DNA of 64,000 nt from an uncultured bacterium (GCA_963843795.1 CAWJLW010000006.1:868001-932000); one strand, 5' to 3'. Shown: positions 30,573 to 41,184, numbered from the stretch's first letter. Notes: generated from the sequence alone by a model not told the origin. Numbers and translations: made by a program.

Positions 30573-31202
30573 TCAGTCGATTTGAATTTCAGCAACTAAA
30601 TGGCCTAATTCGGGAATAATCAGTTTATTCATCGCCAATTTTATGGCGTTGGGCGAACCGGGTAACACAAACACAACAGCCGAATGCAAAAACGAGCGCG
30701 ACGGGCTTTGAATGACGCCAGCAAAAGCGCGCGAAAGCATGGTGGCCGCGCCCACTTCGGCCCAGCTGAGTGCGCGAAAAATTTCTCCAAAACCGGGCAT
30801 TGGTTTGCTAATCAGCGGTTCCAAAGCTTCAGGCGTAACATCGCAGCGACCAATGCCGCTGCCGCCGGTCACGATAATCGCATCAGCATCCGAACGATGC
30901 GCGTCCAATACTGCGTTTCGGATCAGCTTAATGTCATCTGGCACCAAGGTGCGCCCCAAAACTTCGTGAGCACCCTGCTCAATAAGTTGAGCAACCAGAT
31001 CGCCGCCTTCATCGTTTTCGGGCGTGCGCGAACTGGAAACCGTAATCACGAAGCATTGCACGATGGCGGGCGCTTTGGAGCGATGCTCTTGTGTCGAAAT
31101 TGAACGCTCGCCCGCCGCCGCTGCTTCGGGCGCATCTTCGGTCGCGACGGGATAGGCAATCGTGCTGACAGGAAAGGGCAGGGGAGTAAATTTGTCGTCC
31201 AT
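30573..31202 (-). CDS. moaB: Molybdenum cofactor biosynthesis protein MoaB/Mog
   Basis: ITVSSSRT, TGGSGIGRCDVTPEA, MPGFGE, LSRA, LPGSPNA. Confidence 0.88.
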   Translation of the reverse strand: MDDKFTPLPFPVSTIAYPVATEDAPEAAAAGERSISTQEHRSKAPAIVQCFVITVSSSRTPENDEGGDLVAQLIEQGAHEVLGRTLVPDDIKLIRNAVLDAHRSDADAIIVTGGSGIGRCDVTPEALEPLISKPMPGFGEIFRALSWAEVGAATMLSRAFAGVIQSPSRSFLHSAVVFVLPGSPNAIKLAMNKLIIPELGHLVAEIQID

Positions 31203-31298
31203 GAACGCAGTGTAGCAAAATTTCTTATTGCACTCATTTTTTGGATTATGAAGCTAAAAGCTATGCAAAATGTGCTGCAAGTACTTGCAGTGTCGTAT

Positions 31299-33179
31299 TC
31301 AGCGCGAAGCGTATTCGCGCTCGAATTTCTTGTCCAATTCCAGCGTTGAAATGCGAATGAGAATCGGCTGGCCGTGCGGACAAATGCTGGGGTTAGGCAC
31401 TTGCAGCAGATCGTCTATCAAACGCTGCATTTGCTCCATTGGCAGAGGGTCGCCCGCTTTGATGGCGTTTTTGCACGCCAGCATCGTTAGTAAAGCGCGA
31501 CGGCGTTCTTCCAAGTTTCGACCACCACTACCGCTTCCAAGCTCATCCAGTAAATCGCTGAACGCGACTTCGTAATCTTTGTTGGCCACCAAAGTCGGTA
31601 CCGAGCGCACCAAAACTGAAGTGCCACCAAACGCTTCGCTTTCAAAGCCCAATTCGCGCAGCAGATCGGCGTTTTCTTCGATGAGAGCCGCAGCGCGCGC
31701 ACCGGCCTCGACAGTGAACGGAATGACCAGACGTTGCGAAGGAACGGGCTGATTTTCTGCAGCGGCGATGGCGTTATCGGCCAGAATACGCTCATGTGCG
31801 CGGTGCTGGCAAACGATGTACAAACCGTCGGGCGCTTCGCACAGAATGTAAGCGTTGTTGGAAATTTGCGCCAAGGGTCGCAGCGATAACTGATTGGAAG
31901 CTGGCGGAGTGATTTCGGGCAGGGGCATCTGATCGAGCGATGGCTGAATCGGCGCCGCATTTTGCCCTGCAAGTACTTGCGGCGCGTGTAAATCTTGATA
32001 AGCGCTACGAAAATCCGCGATATCACCGCCTCGTGGCGCCATTGGCTGGTAATAGCCGCGAAAGTCATCGGCATTTGGGGCGGCAGTTGTCGGCGGATTC
32101 CAACTGGGCGCGAGTGGACGCGGAATATCAGTGTTTTGCCTTTCGGCACCCAAATTCCAATCGGGCGCGAGTTGGGCGGCGACCAAGGTTTCGCGCAGCG
32201 ATAAACGTACGGCGTGATGAACTTCCCATTCGCGCGCAAAGCGCACTTCGCTTTTGGTGGGATGCACGTTCACATCGACCGAATTCGGCGGTAATGCAAT
32301 GAAAACGACCGCGATAGGATGACGACCGTGACCATGAATCAAGCCTTCATAGGCAGCTTGAACGGCATGCTGGAGAGCACGATTTTTCACCACACGACCG
32401 TTGACGTAAAAAATCTGTGCGTTGCGGTTGGCACGCGTCAATTGGGGACGACCGATGAAACCGCTCACTTGCACATTGCTGGTGTGGGCTTCGGAAGATG
32501 GCGCAATCGGCAACATTTGGCGCGCCACGTCGCGGCCCAGAACCGACACCACGGCGTTGAACGGATTACCACCCGATTCGCTGCGCAACATTTCATTGTT
32601 GTTGTGGCGCAAGCGAAACGCGACGTGTGGATAAGCCAAAGCCAGATGGCCGATCATTTCGCTGATGCGACCAGCTTCGGCGGAATCGCTTTTGAGGAAC
32701 TTAAAGCGCGCAGGCGTGTTGAAAAACAGGTTGCGAATCGAAATATCCGTTCCCGGCGTCGCGCCGATTTCGCCGATGTCCAAAACAGTTCCGGCTTCGA
32801 CGACCAACTGTGTTCCGGCTTCGGCTTCGGGTTCCTGCGTCGTCATTTCCAAACGCGAAACCGAAGCAATCGAAGGCAAGGCTTCGCCGCGAAAACCAAG
32901 CGTTGAAATCGCGAACAATTCCGCCGCGTCGCGCAGTTTGGAAGTCGCATGGCGTTGCAACGATAAAACTGCGTCGGATGAACTCATGCCGTATCCATCG
33001 TCGCGCACGCGGATGAGTTTTTTGCCGCCGTCTTCGATATCGATAGTGATGCGGCGCGCTCCGGCATCGAGCGCGTTTTCGACCAATTCTTTGACCGCAT
33101 TGGACGGGCGTTCGATAACTTCGCCCGCTGCGATCTGGTTGGCGATTTGTGGGTCGAGTTTGCGGATGCGCTGATTCAT
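31299..33179 (-). CDS. mutL: DNA mismatch repair endonuclease MutL
   Basis: NQIAAGEVIERP, GFRGEAL, VDVNVHPTK, C-terminal QHRAHER, ACK and CPHGQP. Confidence 0.97.
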   Translation of the reverse strand: MNQRIRKLDPQIANQIAAGEVIERPSNAVKELVENALDAGARRITIDIEDGGKKLIRVRDDGYGMSSSDAVLSLQRHATSKLRDAAELFAISTLGFRGEALPSIASVSRLEMTTQEPEAEAGTQLVVEAGTVLDIGEIGATPGTDISIRNLFFNTPARFKFLKSDSAEAGRISEMIGHLALAYPHVAFRLRHNNNEMLRSESGGNPFNAVVSVLGRDVARQMLPIAPSSEAHTSNVQVSGFIGRPQLTRANRNAQIFYVNGRVVKNRALQHAVQAAYEGLIHGHGRHPIAVVFIALPPNSVDVNVHPTKSEVRFAREWEVHHAVRLSLRETLVAAQLAPDWNLGAERQNTDIPRPLAPSWNPPTTAAPNADDFRGYYQPMAPRGGDIADFRSAYQDLHAPQVLAGQNAAPIQPSLDQMPLPEITPPASNQLSLRPLAQISNNAYILCEAPDGLYIVCQHRAHERILADNAIAAAENQPVPSQRLVIPFTVEAGARAAALIEENADLLRELGFESEAFGGTSVLVRSVPTLVANKDYEVAFSDLLDELGSGSGGRNLEERRRALLTMLACKNAIKAGDPLPMEQMQRLIDDLLQVPNPSICPHGQPILIRISTLELDKKFEREYASR

Positions 33180-33352
33180 AACGGAAGAATGGCTAAAGCG
33201 AAAGCGGGAATGAGGTTTTGATGACACACAGTGCGATGGTTTGCGAGAAGCGTTTGACGCAGGTATAGTTTATCAAGGCGTGCCGCGCCGTTTTGTGCGG
33301 TTTTTCGCTTTTTAAATCATCAAAATTAAAGGCAGTTTAAAGGCAGTTCCGT

Positions 33353-33862
33353 ATGGCCCGCTTACCCGGCGACCCGCTCGTCAACCACCCACGCGAAGAT
33401 GTTCGCTCGTCTGAAGAAGCGCAGCAACTGGCGCGCGCGCGCGAACAATCTTTGTCGCAGTCGTCTTCGCAATCTCACCTCGTTCCCTCGCAATCCGTGA
33501 CTGTTCCGCTGCGAGCTTTATCTTCGGGGCGGCGCTGGCGCGATACTGCGCGCTGGATTGGATTGGCGATGTTCATGGTCGGTGCTTTTCTACTGGCGTT
33601 CGTGTTTTATAAAGCGATTACCGGTTTGAATAATTTTGCTCAGCCCGATTATCTTTCGACTCAGTTCAATCGCGTCGCGGGCGACGATATTCCCGCGCGA
33701 ATTCAAGCCGCCGTTGTTGTTTTCGGCAAAGAATTTCTGTCTGTCCTTTATTTGTTGCTCACCGGTTATCTGGCTTCAGCGATTGCTTCTAAAGGCATTC
33801 AATTTTTTGCCGCTTCCGAAGCGGTAATTGATGAAGCGGTTGAAGCCGGAATCGAAGAATAA
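33353..33862 (+). CDS. Hypothetical membrane protein (two TM helices)
   Basis: 169-aa ORF with two hydrophobic helices. Confidence 0.7.
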   Translation: MARLPGDPLVNHPREDVRSSEEAQQLARAREQSLSQSSSQSHLVPSQSVTVPLRALSSGRRWRDTARWIGLAMFMVGAFLLAFVFYKAITGLNNFAQPDYLSTQFNRVAGDDIPARIQAAVVVFGKEFLSVLYLLLTGYLASAIASKGIQFFAASEAVIDEAVEAGIEE

Positions 33863-33877
33863 TTTTGTTTTTAATTC

Positions 33878-33920
33878 GCCCCACAAGTACTTGCAGGCCT
33901 CTGGCAAGTACTTGTGGGGC
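33878..33920. repeat. Composite inverted repeat whose 17-bp arms each contain the palindrome core
   Basis: GCCCCACAAGTACTTGC-aggcctctg-GCAAGTACTTGTGGGGC. Confidence 0.9.
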
Positions 33921-33971
33921 ATTTGTTGTCAATCGTTTGTCGTTTGTGTCTTTAATTTGAAGGGAGTTCTC

Positions 33972-36596
33972 TTGCAGTTCGTCAACGCCGCATTTCGTTC
34001 GTGTCTCATCGCCGCATTTTTGGCAGTTTCTCTGGCATCGCAAGGCAGGCAAGTACTTGCCGAGCCGATTTTAGACCCCAACAAAACCGCGTTTCCGCAA
34101 TCGTCACTGCACGACTTCGGCGATTTGCTCGATGCTCCGGCAGGCAAGCGCGGCTTTTTGCAGCGCAAAGGCGAGCATTTCGTGTGGCAAGACGGCACAC
34201 GCGCTCGCTTCTGGGGTATCAACGTTGCTAATACCAGTCTGATGGAATCGGATGCGCAAATTGCGCAAATCATCGAGAATTTCCGTTCTAGCGGTTTCAA
34301 TATGCTGCGTCTGCATCACTTCGATGAACGCGGTGGCATTATCGATTTAACCAAGCCGGATTCGCGCCACTTCGACGAGGCGCGTTTGCGCAAAATCGAT
34401 TACTGGATTTATAAAGCCAAGCAAGCCGGCATCAGCGTTTATCTGGATTTGCTAGATTACCGCCATTTCAAAGCGGGCGACGGCGTACCCAACGCCGAAG
34501 CCATCGGGCGCGCTGCGCGACCTTATGCGGTTTTCGATGCAAAGTTGCGCGAATTACAAAAAGAGTATGCGCGCAAATTGATGCGCGAACATGTCAATCC
34601 CTACACGAAACTGGCTTATGCTGACGATCCGGCGATTGTGATGCTGGAAATTTACGACGAATCCGGGTTGTTCATGCGCCGCGATGTGTGGCGCTCGATG
34701 CCCGAACCGTATGCATCGAATTTTCAAACCAAATGGAATCGCTGGCTCAAGGCCAAGTACAAAACTACCGCCGCCCTCAAAATCGCGTGGACTGATGAGA
34801 CGACCGGAAAAAATGTCTTAATGCCCAACGAAATGTTGGAACGTGGAACGGTTCAAGTTCCGGCGATGACATGGACGCCGCAGAGTTTGCCGGCTGCCCA
34901 GAGGCCGTATGCAACGCAAGCGCGCATGAACGATGGCGCGCTGTTCGCAACGAGTTTGCATGAAGAATTTTTCCGCGACATGAAGTCGTATCTCAAATCG
35001 ATTGGCGTGAAAATTCCCGTCAGTGCGACCGGTCGTTTCGATGATCTGGCCGATTTGCGCGGTTTGGGTAAAGAACTCGATTTCATCGGCGCCAACTTTT
35101 ATTACGATCATCCGTATTGGGGAGGTGGCAAACCAGCGTGGACGCCGCCGTCATACTTCCACAATTCCAATCCGGTTTCGCACGTCAACGAGCTTTCGAT
35201 GGCGGCCACAATTTCTTTGGCGCGCGTTCGTGGTGTGCCGCTTGTGGTGCGCGAATGGAATTATTGCTGGCCCAATCGCAATCGCGCGGGTGGCATGATC
35301 GAAGCGGCAGCTTACGCGGCTTTGCACGATGTCGATGCGATGATTCTGTTCGTTTACGAAATGAAACCGACTCCGCGCGTTTCGTATTTCAACGTGCGCT
35401 CTGACCCCTCGCGCTGGGGTTTGACTGGAATTGGCGCGCAGATTTTTCTGGGTGGTTTGGTTCAGCCCGCCAAAAATCGCATCGTGATTCCCTATAACAA
35501 AGTTGATACTTACACTTACCAGCGCTATCATCAACCGTTGTATTCTCTCGCATGGACGACGCGCGTCGAGAACGATTTTTACGATGGACCGGTTTATAAA
35601 AACAACGATCCGAACACGCTTTTGGTGTCGCCGGGACGTTCGGGCATTGGTAAATTGGAAGGCGCGCCCGCAGTGTTGCACACGGAAAATTTGCGTAAAG
35701 ATTTGCGCGGTCGTCAGGCAAAAATTCCTGAATATGCACAGGAATATGGCTTGAATCCTCTTCCCGCAGGGCCAACAAAATTGCGTTTCAACGACATTAT
35801 GTTCGATGCCGGAGCGGTGCGCGAGCGCGATTTGCAGTTGGCTTTGTCGCTGCCCAAGATCAACGCTTTAGGTGGCACACCGATTGGTGTCAATCGCGAT
35901 TCGGGTGTCGCTAACGGTTTCGTTGATCGCAAAAATCGGCGTTTCGTCTTTGGTGACTTAGCACGAGAAGACGTGCTGCGCGCCAGCATGGACGCGCTGC
36001 AAATGTTCTACGATGTGCCTAATTCCCACGATGCGACCGAACACAATGTTTTCAAAAGCGATACCGGTGAATTGTGGCGCGATGCGGCTAGTGGACGATT
36101 GATTGTTTCGGCTCCGGGCGTGCAATCGATGTCAGGCAATTTGAATAGCGTCGGGCGCGTTTTAGCTCCGGGTTTACGCGTGCGTAACGCTAAAAACGGG
36201 ACTTTAGTGGCGATGGCTTTGGATGGCAAACCGCTAGTTTCGAGCCAGAAATTTCTTATCAAAATGGTCAACGATGCCGAAAACGCCGATGAGAAGTTGG
36301 GCCGCGATCCGCGCTTTGCCAATCGTTCCGATGGTCAGTGGAAATTGGATGTTCTGGGCGATGGGCCCGTGAAGTTTGGTGGCGTGAAAAGCGCTGAGCC
36401 CATTCAAATCGCGATTGAAAATCGGCCTCTGGTCGATGTATATCTCGAAGGTGGTAGCTTTGAATTGTATGTCGATGGCGATAAATGGAGCTTCTACTGC
36501 GACACTCCGGGTACCAAATTCACGCTTCACAAGCCGAGTAAAAATGTCACGGGCACCTTTGCAGCGGATACCGATGTTTTGCATTACGCTGGTTGA
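33972..36596 (+). CDS. Secreted glycoside hydrolase, clan GH-A (GH5-like) TIM barrel
   Basis: RARFWGIN, GFNMLRLHH, HVNPYTKLAYADDPAI, EIYDE (acid/base), VREWN (nucleophile). TTG start after AAGGGAG. Confidence 0.75.
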   Translation: MQFVNAAFRSCLIAAFLAVSLASQGRQVLAEPILDPNKTAFPQSSLHDFGDLLDAPAGKRGFLQRKGEHFVWQDGTRARFWGINVANTSLMESDAQIAQIIENFRSSGFNMLRLHHFDERGGIIDLTKPDSRHFDEARLRKIDYWIYKAKQAGISVYLDLLDYRHFKAGDGVPNAEAIGRAARPYAVFDAKLRELQKEYARKLMREHVNPYTKLAYADDPAIVMLEIYDESGLFMRRDVWRSMPEPYASNFQTKWNRWLKAKYKTTAALKIAWTDETTGKNVLMPNEMLERGTVQVPAMTWTPQSLPAAQRPYATQARMNDGALFATSLHEEFFRDMKSYLKSIGVKIPVSATGRFDDLADLRGLGKELDFIGANFYYDHPYWGGGKPAWTPPSYFHNSNPVSHVNELSMAATISLARVRGVPLVVREWNYCWPNRNRAGGMIEAAAYAALHDVDAMILFVYEMKPTPRVSYFNVRSDPSRWGLTGIGAQIFLGGLVQPAKNRIVIPYNKVDTYTYQRYHQPLYSLAWTTRVENDFYDGPVYKNNDPNTLLVSPGRSGIGKLEGAPAVLHTENLRKDLRGRQAKIPEYAQEYGLNPLPAGPTKLRFNDIMFDAGAVRERDLQLALSLPKINALGGTPIGVNRDSGVANGFVDRKNRRFVFGDLAREDVLRASMDALQMFYDVPNSHDATEHNVFKSDTGELWRDAASGRLIVSAPGVQSMSGNLNSVGRVLAPGLRVRNAKNGTLVAMALDGKPLVSSQKFLIKMVNDAENADEKLGRDPRFANRSDGQWKLDVLGDGPVKFGGVKSAEPIQIAIENRPLVDVYLEGGSFELYVDGDKWSFYCDTPGTKFTLHKPSKNVTGTFAADTDVLHYAG

Positions 36597-36829
36597 TGGC
36601 TTGGGCCATCGCAAGTACTTGCAGCAAGGGGTGCGCAGAGTTGCGCACCGAATCTACACAAAATTGGCGGTGGGGAGTTGCCGAAACTGTTGCTGGCTGT
36701 AACAATGTAGTATCACATTCATCGCAGCGACTTTGCGTTTGATGATGAGACTCACCTGCTGATTTTACCGACGTGTCCAACGTGTCCTCGTATCTAAACG
36801 TGTCAGGCCAGATGTTAATGGAGACCCGC

Positions 36830-38320
36830 ATGAAATTTCTCGCCGTTTCTTCGTCCCAAGTCGCAATTGTTCGCAATCGTTTTTCTGCCGCGACCTCAGC
36901 GGCGCGGCGCTTTAATCTCGCGCCTCATCATTTCCTGCCACGTCATATCGTGCTGGGGTTGGGCGCTACCTTGTGCCTGTCAAGCTTAATTGCGCCTTCG
37001 GCTCAAGCCGCGCCGCGTAAGAAGGTAACGAAGGCTGTCACTAAAGCCAGCGTCAGCAAAGGCAACACTGCTGCTAAAAAACCGACCGCTAAAGTGCGAC
37101 CGGTGCCTGCTTCGCTCAAGAAAAGTGCTCCACTGCCGCAGTATTTGCCCATCGAGCAGATCAACGCTCTGCGTGCTGCACGCGCAAATCTGGGCTGGGG
37201 TTCGTTGCAACCGTTGATGAATGGTCGTCCGATGGATGCTAAAATGTCGCAGTTGCCCGGCGCGGCGCCGTTGCCTGGTTTGTTGGGCGATTTCAGTCAG
37301 GTACAAAGCGTGGCGCAGCAGTTCCCGATTGCTCCGGCGCGCGTGCGACCCGCCACACCAATCGTGCCCAAATGGGTGCGCTATCCACTGGAATTCCAGT
37401 TGGCTGGTATCGGCATTGGTTCGCGCGCGGTCGATAAAGACCGCTTCAACCGTATCGACCGTTACGGTTTGTTCGCGATGCACGGCAACCCGACCGCAGT
37501 TGTTGTTGCCGGTCAGGTCGCTGCAGGCGGCGCCGGTGGAGGAGAAGGTAGCGCTTCTGGGGGCAGTGGTTCGGGCAGTCGTGGTGGAACTCCCAGTGGG
37601 GGCAGCGCTTCGTCAGAAGGCAGCGGTAGCGGTTCCACGACCACGGCAGCGGCCACACAAAACATCACTTTGTTGCAAACACCGCCCGAAGTTTCGGCGC
37701 TGTTTCCCGATGGCACCGATGGCACTTTACCCGATTGGGCCTCGGCGATCACAGTTCAATTAGATAACAATCACGTCGAATGGCTTTATAACCGCGACAC
37801 ATATGCAATGGGCTTTATCGTTGACCGTTTGGGCTTCGTTGATGCCATTGTGGTGGCGGGCACGCAGTCGCCGATTACGCGCACGCAGTTGGAAGACCCT
37901 GTTCACACCATCAAATTGGGCGATGACCTGCGCAAAGTCATGTTTCGCTACGGTTATCCCGATACTATCGAAAGCTATACTGTCGCGCTGGCCGGTGTGG
38001 GAACTGGCGGTGGCGGTGGTGCTGAGGGAGGTGGCGGTGCGGCTGATGGGGGCGCGGCTGGGCGCGGCGCACCCGGCGGTAGCTCTGGAGGTCGTTCCGG
38101 CGGAACACCTAGCGGCGGCTCGGAAGGTGGCTCAGGCAGTGCGGGCGGTGCAGCCGATCAAACCGGCAATAATGCTTATCGTACGTTCGAATTGCGCTAC
38201 GAACAAAGTTACAACGTCGTGTTCACGATTCGCGACAATCGCGTGGTGCGCATTTATATCTTTGGTGACCCCGATTTCTTCACCGAGCGTCGTCGCCAGC
38301 AGTTCCGCATCGCGTATTAA
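36830..38320 (+). CDS. Secreted hypothetical protein with two Gly/Ser-rich insertions
   Basis: Long signal-like N-terminus ending AQA, Lys-rich segment, two G/S tracts both containing GGTPSGG. Confidence 0.7.
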   Translation: MKFLAVSSSQVAIVRNRFSAATSAARRFNLAPHHFLPRHIVLGLGATLCLSSLIAPSAQAAPRKKVTKAVTKASVSKGNTAAKKPTAKVRPVPASLKKSAPLPQYLPIEQINALRAARANLGWGSLQPLMNGRPMDAKMSQLPGAAPLPGLLGDFSQVQSVAQQFPIAPARVRPATPIVPKWVRYPLEFQLAGIGIGSRAVDKDRFNRIDRYGLFAMHGNPTAVVVAGQVAAGGAGGGEGSASGGSGSGSRGGTPSGGSASSEGSGSGSTTTAAATQNITLLQTPPEVSALFPDGTDGTLPDWASAITVQLDNNHVEWLYNRDTYAMGFIVDRLGFVDAIVVAGTQSPITRTQLEDPVHTIKLGDDLRKVMFRYGYPDTIESYTVALAGVGTGGGGGAEGGGGAADGGAAGRGAPGGSSGGRSGGTPSGGSEGGSGSAGGAADQTGNNAYRTFELRYEQSYNVVFTIRDNRVVRIYIFGDPDFFTERRRQQFRIAY

Positions 38321-38342
38321 TCATTCAATTCGACGCACGATA

Positions 38343-38382
38343 CGCAGAAGCGTCCCGCAAGTACTTGCGGGGCGCTTTTGTG
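38343..38382 (+). terminator. Imperfect hairpin centred on GCAAGTACTTGC
   Basis: CGCAGAAGCGTCCCGCAAGT|ACTTGCGGGGCGCTTTTGTG. The three mismatches are G:U pairs on the + strand. Confidence 0.65.
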
Positions 38383-38429
38383 CGCGTCTACTTTGAAAAC
38401 CAAGAAAATTAAAATTAGCAAGAGGAAAT

Positions 38430-39209
38430 ATGAGCGAAAAAGTATTAGAAGGCAAAGTCGGTCTGGTATTTGGTGTGGCGAACAAGCGTTCCATCGCATG
38501 GGCGATTGCGCAGGCATGGGCTGAAGCCGGCGCGACCTTGATCTTCAATTATCAGGGCGAACGAGTGAAAGAAAACGTCGAAGAATTGACCTCGACTTTC
38601 GGTGAAAATGTCGCCATCGCACCGTGCGATGTGTCAAGCGATGAGGAAATCGATGAATTTTTCAAGTTCGTGCGCACCAAAACCGACCGCGTTGATTTGA
38701 TGCTGCACTCGGTCGCCTACGCGCCCGCAGAAACTTTATCCGAAGGCGGTTTCTTACCGACATCGCGCGAACATTTCCGTATCGCACTTGACATTTCCGC
38801 TTATTCGTTGATGGCTTTGTCGCGTGAAACTGCGCCGCTGATGACGAACGGCGGTTCGATTGTCGCCATGACTTATTACGGAAGCGAGAAAGTCTTGCCC
38901 AACTACAACGTGATGGGCGTTGCCAAAGCCGCCTTGGAAGCCGAAGCGCGCTACTTGGCCTACGAACTAGGCAAACAAAACATTCGCGTCAACTGCATCA
39001 GCGCTGGCCCGACCAACACGCTGGCGGCGCGTGGCATCAAAGGCTTCGGGAATATGTTAGCACACGTTAAAGAGCACGCCCCGTTGCCGTGGACGGGTGA
39101 AGCCAAAGCACTCGCCGGGACTGGCGTTTACTTGGCTTCCGAAGCCTCGGCGTTCGTCACCGGCCAGGTGCATTATGTCGATGGCGGCTACGAAATCATG
39201 GGAATGTGA
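38430..39209 (+). CDS. fabI: Enoyl-ACP reductase FabI
   Basis: GVANKRSIAW, DISAYSL, YNVMGVAKAALE, ISAGP.TLAA. Confidence 0.95.
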   Translation: MSEKVLEGKVGLVFGVANKRSIAWAIAQAWAEAGATLIFNYQGERVKENVEELTSTFGENVAIAPCDVSSDEEIDEFFKFVRTKTDRVDLMLHSVAYAPAETLSEGGFLPTSREHFRIALDISAYSLMALSRETAPLMTNGGSIVAMTYYGSEKVLPNYNVMGVAKAALEAEARYLAYELGKQNIRVNCISAGPTNTLAARGIKGFGNMLAHVKEHAPLPWTGEAKALAGTGVYLASEASAFVTGQVHYVDGGYEIMGM

Positions 39210-39301
39210 GTTAGAGGGGAGAGGTGAGAAAATCTCCTGCAAGTACTTGCCAGAAAGAAGGGCTTAGCTGTGGTCTTTTTCTCCTTCTCTTTTCTCCGAT
39301 T

Positions 39302-40081
39302 ATGTGGGACGAAGAAGCGCGCAAACTGTGCGAGCGCATCGGCTTTGAAAGCGAAGTCGGGCAGTGGATCGCCCAGCGCGCCGGACGAAAATTAGAGCAG
39401 CTCATTGGTGTCGAGCCAGAATTTTATCGAGAAATACGTGTCGATGGAATTGCGTTCGGCGTCAAAAGCGAAGATGCTAATGAACTGTTGCCTGACTTAC
39501 GCGATTGGTTACAACCGCGCGGCTACTTCGCATTTTGGAGCACGCGCCGCGAACCCAACGGTTTGCGCGCGGGCGAAGAAATCGCGGTTTTGCGCACTGA
39601 CGATCCACTGGAAGCGGTGCGCATCAAAGGTAGCGATGGTGCCAATTACGATCTGTTCAACGAAGATGTTATCGCGCAATTGCAAAACTGGCGTGCTGAA
39701 TTCGATGTGCAGATAATAGGCGCGGGACACGATTTTGTCAATGTGAAATTCGAGCGTTTGCCGGATGACTTGTGCGCCTTTGCGGAGCATATTTACGACT
39801 TTTGCCCTGATGTGATCGAGCAAGGTTTCGATTTAATCGACGAAGACGACGACACGGAATTGTTCGAGCGTGCGCGCGCTTTAAATTGCACGCCTTCGTC
39901 TGCCTGGCAAGTCCAAAGAAATCAGCAAAATTTCGATTTGGAATCCGTCGCTACACCGGAAATTCAACAGTTGATTCAGCTGGCGCAAGAAAGCGAAAAC
40001 CCCGAAGACGACGCGCTCGGTTTGAGCTTATTGGCTGCTGAACTCCAACGTTCGGGCGAACTGTTTTTGTGGTGGGATTGA
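39302..40081 (+). CDS. DUF4253 domain protein
   Basis: IYDFCPDVIEQG and C-terminal LFLWWD. Confidence 0.75.
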   Translation: MWDEEARKLCERIGFESEVGQWIAQRAGRKLEQLIGVEPEFYREIRVDGIAFGVKSEDANELLPDLRDWLQPRGYFAFWSTRREPNGLRAGEEIAVLRTDDPLEAVRIKGSDGANYDLFNEDVIAQLQNWRAEFDVQIIGAGHDFVNVKFERLPDDLCAFAEHIYDFCPDVIEQGFDLIDEDDDTELFERARALNCTPSSAWQVQRNQQNFDLESVATPEIQQLIQLAQESENPEDDALGLSLLAAELQRSGELFLWWD

Positions 40082-40093
40082 AATCGGACAAGC

Positions 40094-40129
40094 AAAAAGC
40101 GCGCGGCAAGTACCTGCCGCGCGCTTTTT
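40094..40129. terminator. 36-bp near-perfect palindrome with variant core GCAAGTACCTGC
   Basis: AAAAAGCGCGCGGCAAGT|ACCTGCCGCGCGCTTTTT. Confidence 0.75.
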
Positions 40130-40144
40130 AGGTAATAAAAAGTG

Positions 40145-41122
40145 ATGCATGCAGAAAAAATCTCCCGAAAACAATGGCTTCGTGGGCTGGCTCTTGTCGC
40201 ACTGCCTTTGGGTTTGGGTCTCACCATTCGCAGCCAAATGTCGTGGCGACCGCGCGTAATCGCAATGAAAAATCGGGTGCTTGCAATTGCGGTTTCGCCG
40301 CGCGGTGATTTGTGGGCAGCGGGCGATGATGCGGGTTTAATCACGTTATGGAGTGGCGAGGCCGAAAAACCTGTGCGCAAAATTCAAAATCCCGGTTTTA
40401 ATGAAGTCTTTAGTCTGATATTTTCGCCAGATGGCCGCGCTTTGGCTAGTGGGGGTATGGGAGGCTTGATAGCGCTGTGGAATGTAGATTCGGGGAAATT
40501 GCAAAGAAATTTTGGCCAGCAAAGTCGAGGCGCCAATACCATTGATTTTTCATCTGATGGACGCACGTTAGCAGCCTTGGGCGAAAATGGCGAAATTCGT
40601 TTGTGGGATGCGAACAGTAGCAAAAGAAAGCCAAGTTTGAAAACTCCAGCGCGTGATTACGCTTACTGCGTGGCTTTTGCGCGCGATGGAAAAACGCTGG
40701 CCAGTGGAAGTGCTCGTTCGTTGCGACTGTGGAACATTTCTTCAGGTCAATTACTGAGACGTTTACAAGAGCGAACGGGGATTGTGCTTTCAGTAGCCTT
40801 TTCGCCTGACAGCCAGCTTTTAGCCTCTGGCAGTACTGATAAAACCGTGCGCATTTGGAATGTCAGATCGGGGAAATTAATGAGAACATTAAAGGCGCAC
40901 AGCAAGACGGTAGAATCGGTGACATTCTCGTCGGATGGGATGACTCTGGCCTCGTGCAGCGACGACACAACCATCAAATTATGGAACGCAAATTCAGGGA
41001 AATTACTGCGCACATTGCAAGGTCACACCGCCGCAGTAAATAAAGTGGCTTTTACGACCGATGGCAATACTTTGATTTCGGGAAGCGATGACAAAACTGT
41101 GCGTTTGTGGCGTATTAAATAA
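40145..41122 (+). CDS. WD40 repeat protein with N-terminal membrane anchor
   Basis: About seven repeats of the form FSPD..LASGS.D.T.R.W. Confidence 0.92.
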   Translation: MHAEKISRKQWLRGLALVALPLGLGLTIRSQMSWRPRVIAMKNRVLAIAVSPRGDLWAAGDDAGLITLWSGEAEKPVRKIQNPGFNEVFSLIFSPDGRALASGGMGGLIALWNVDSGKLQRNFGQQSRGANTIDFSSDGRTLAALGENGEIRLWDANSSKRKPSLKTPARDYAYCVAFARDGKTLASGSARSLRLWNISSGQLLRRLQERTGIVLSVAFSPDSQLLASGSTDKTVRIWNVRSGKLMRTLKAHSKTVESVTFSSDGMTLASCSDDTTIKLWNANSGKLLRTLQGHTAAVNKVAFTTDGNTLISGSDDKTVRLWRIK

Positions 41123-41133
41123 CGGTAAAGAAA

Positions 41134-41177
41134 CGCAAAAAAGCGCGCTGCAAGTACTTGCAGCGCGCTTTTTTGCG
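41134..41177. terminator. 44-bp perfect palindrome between convergent genes
   Basis: CGCAAAAAAGCGCGCTGCAAGT|ACTTGCAGCGCGCTTTTTTGCG. Confidence 0.85.
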
Positions 41178-41184
41178 ATTAGGA

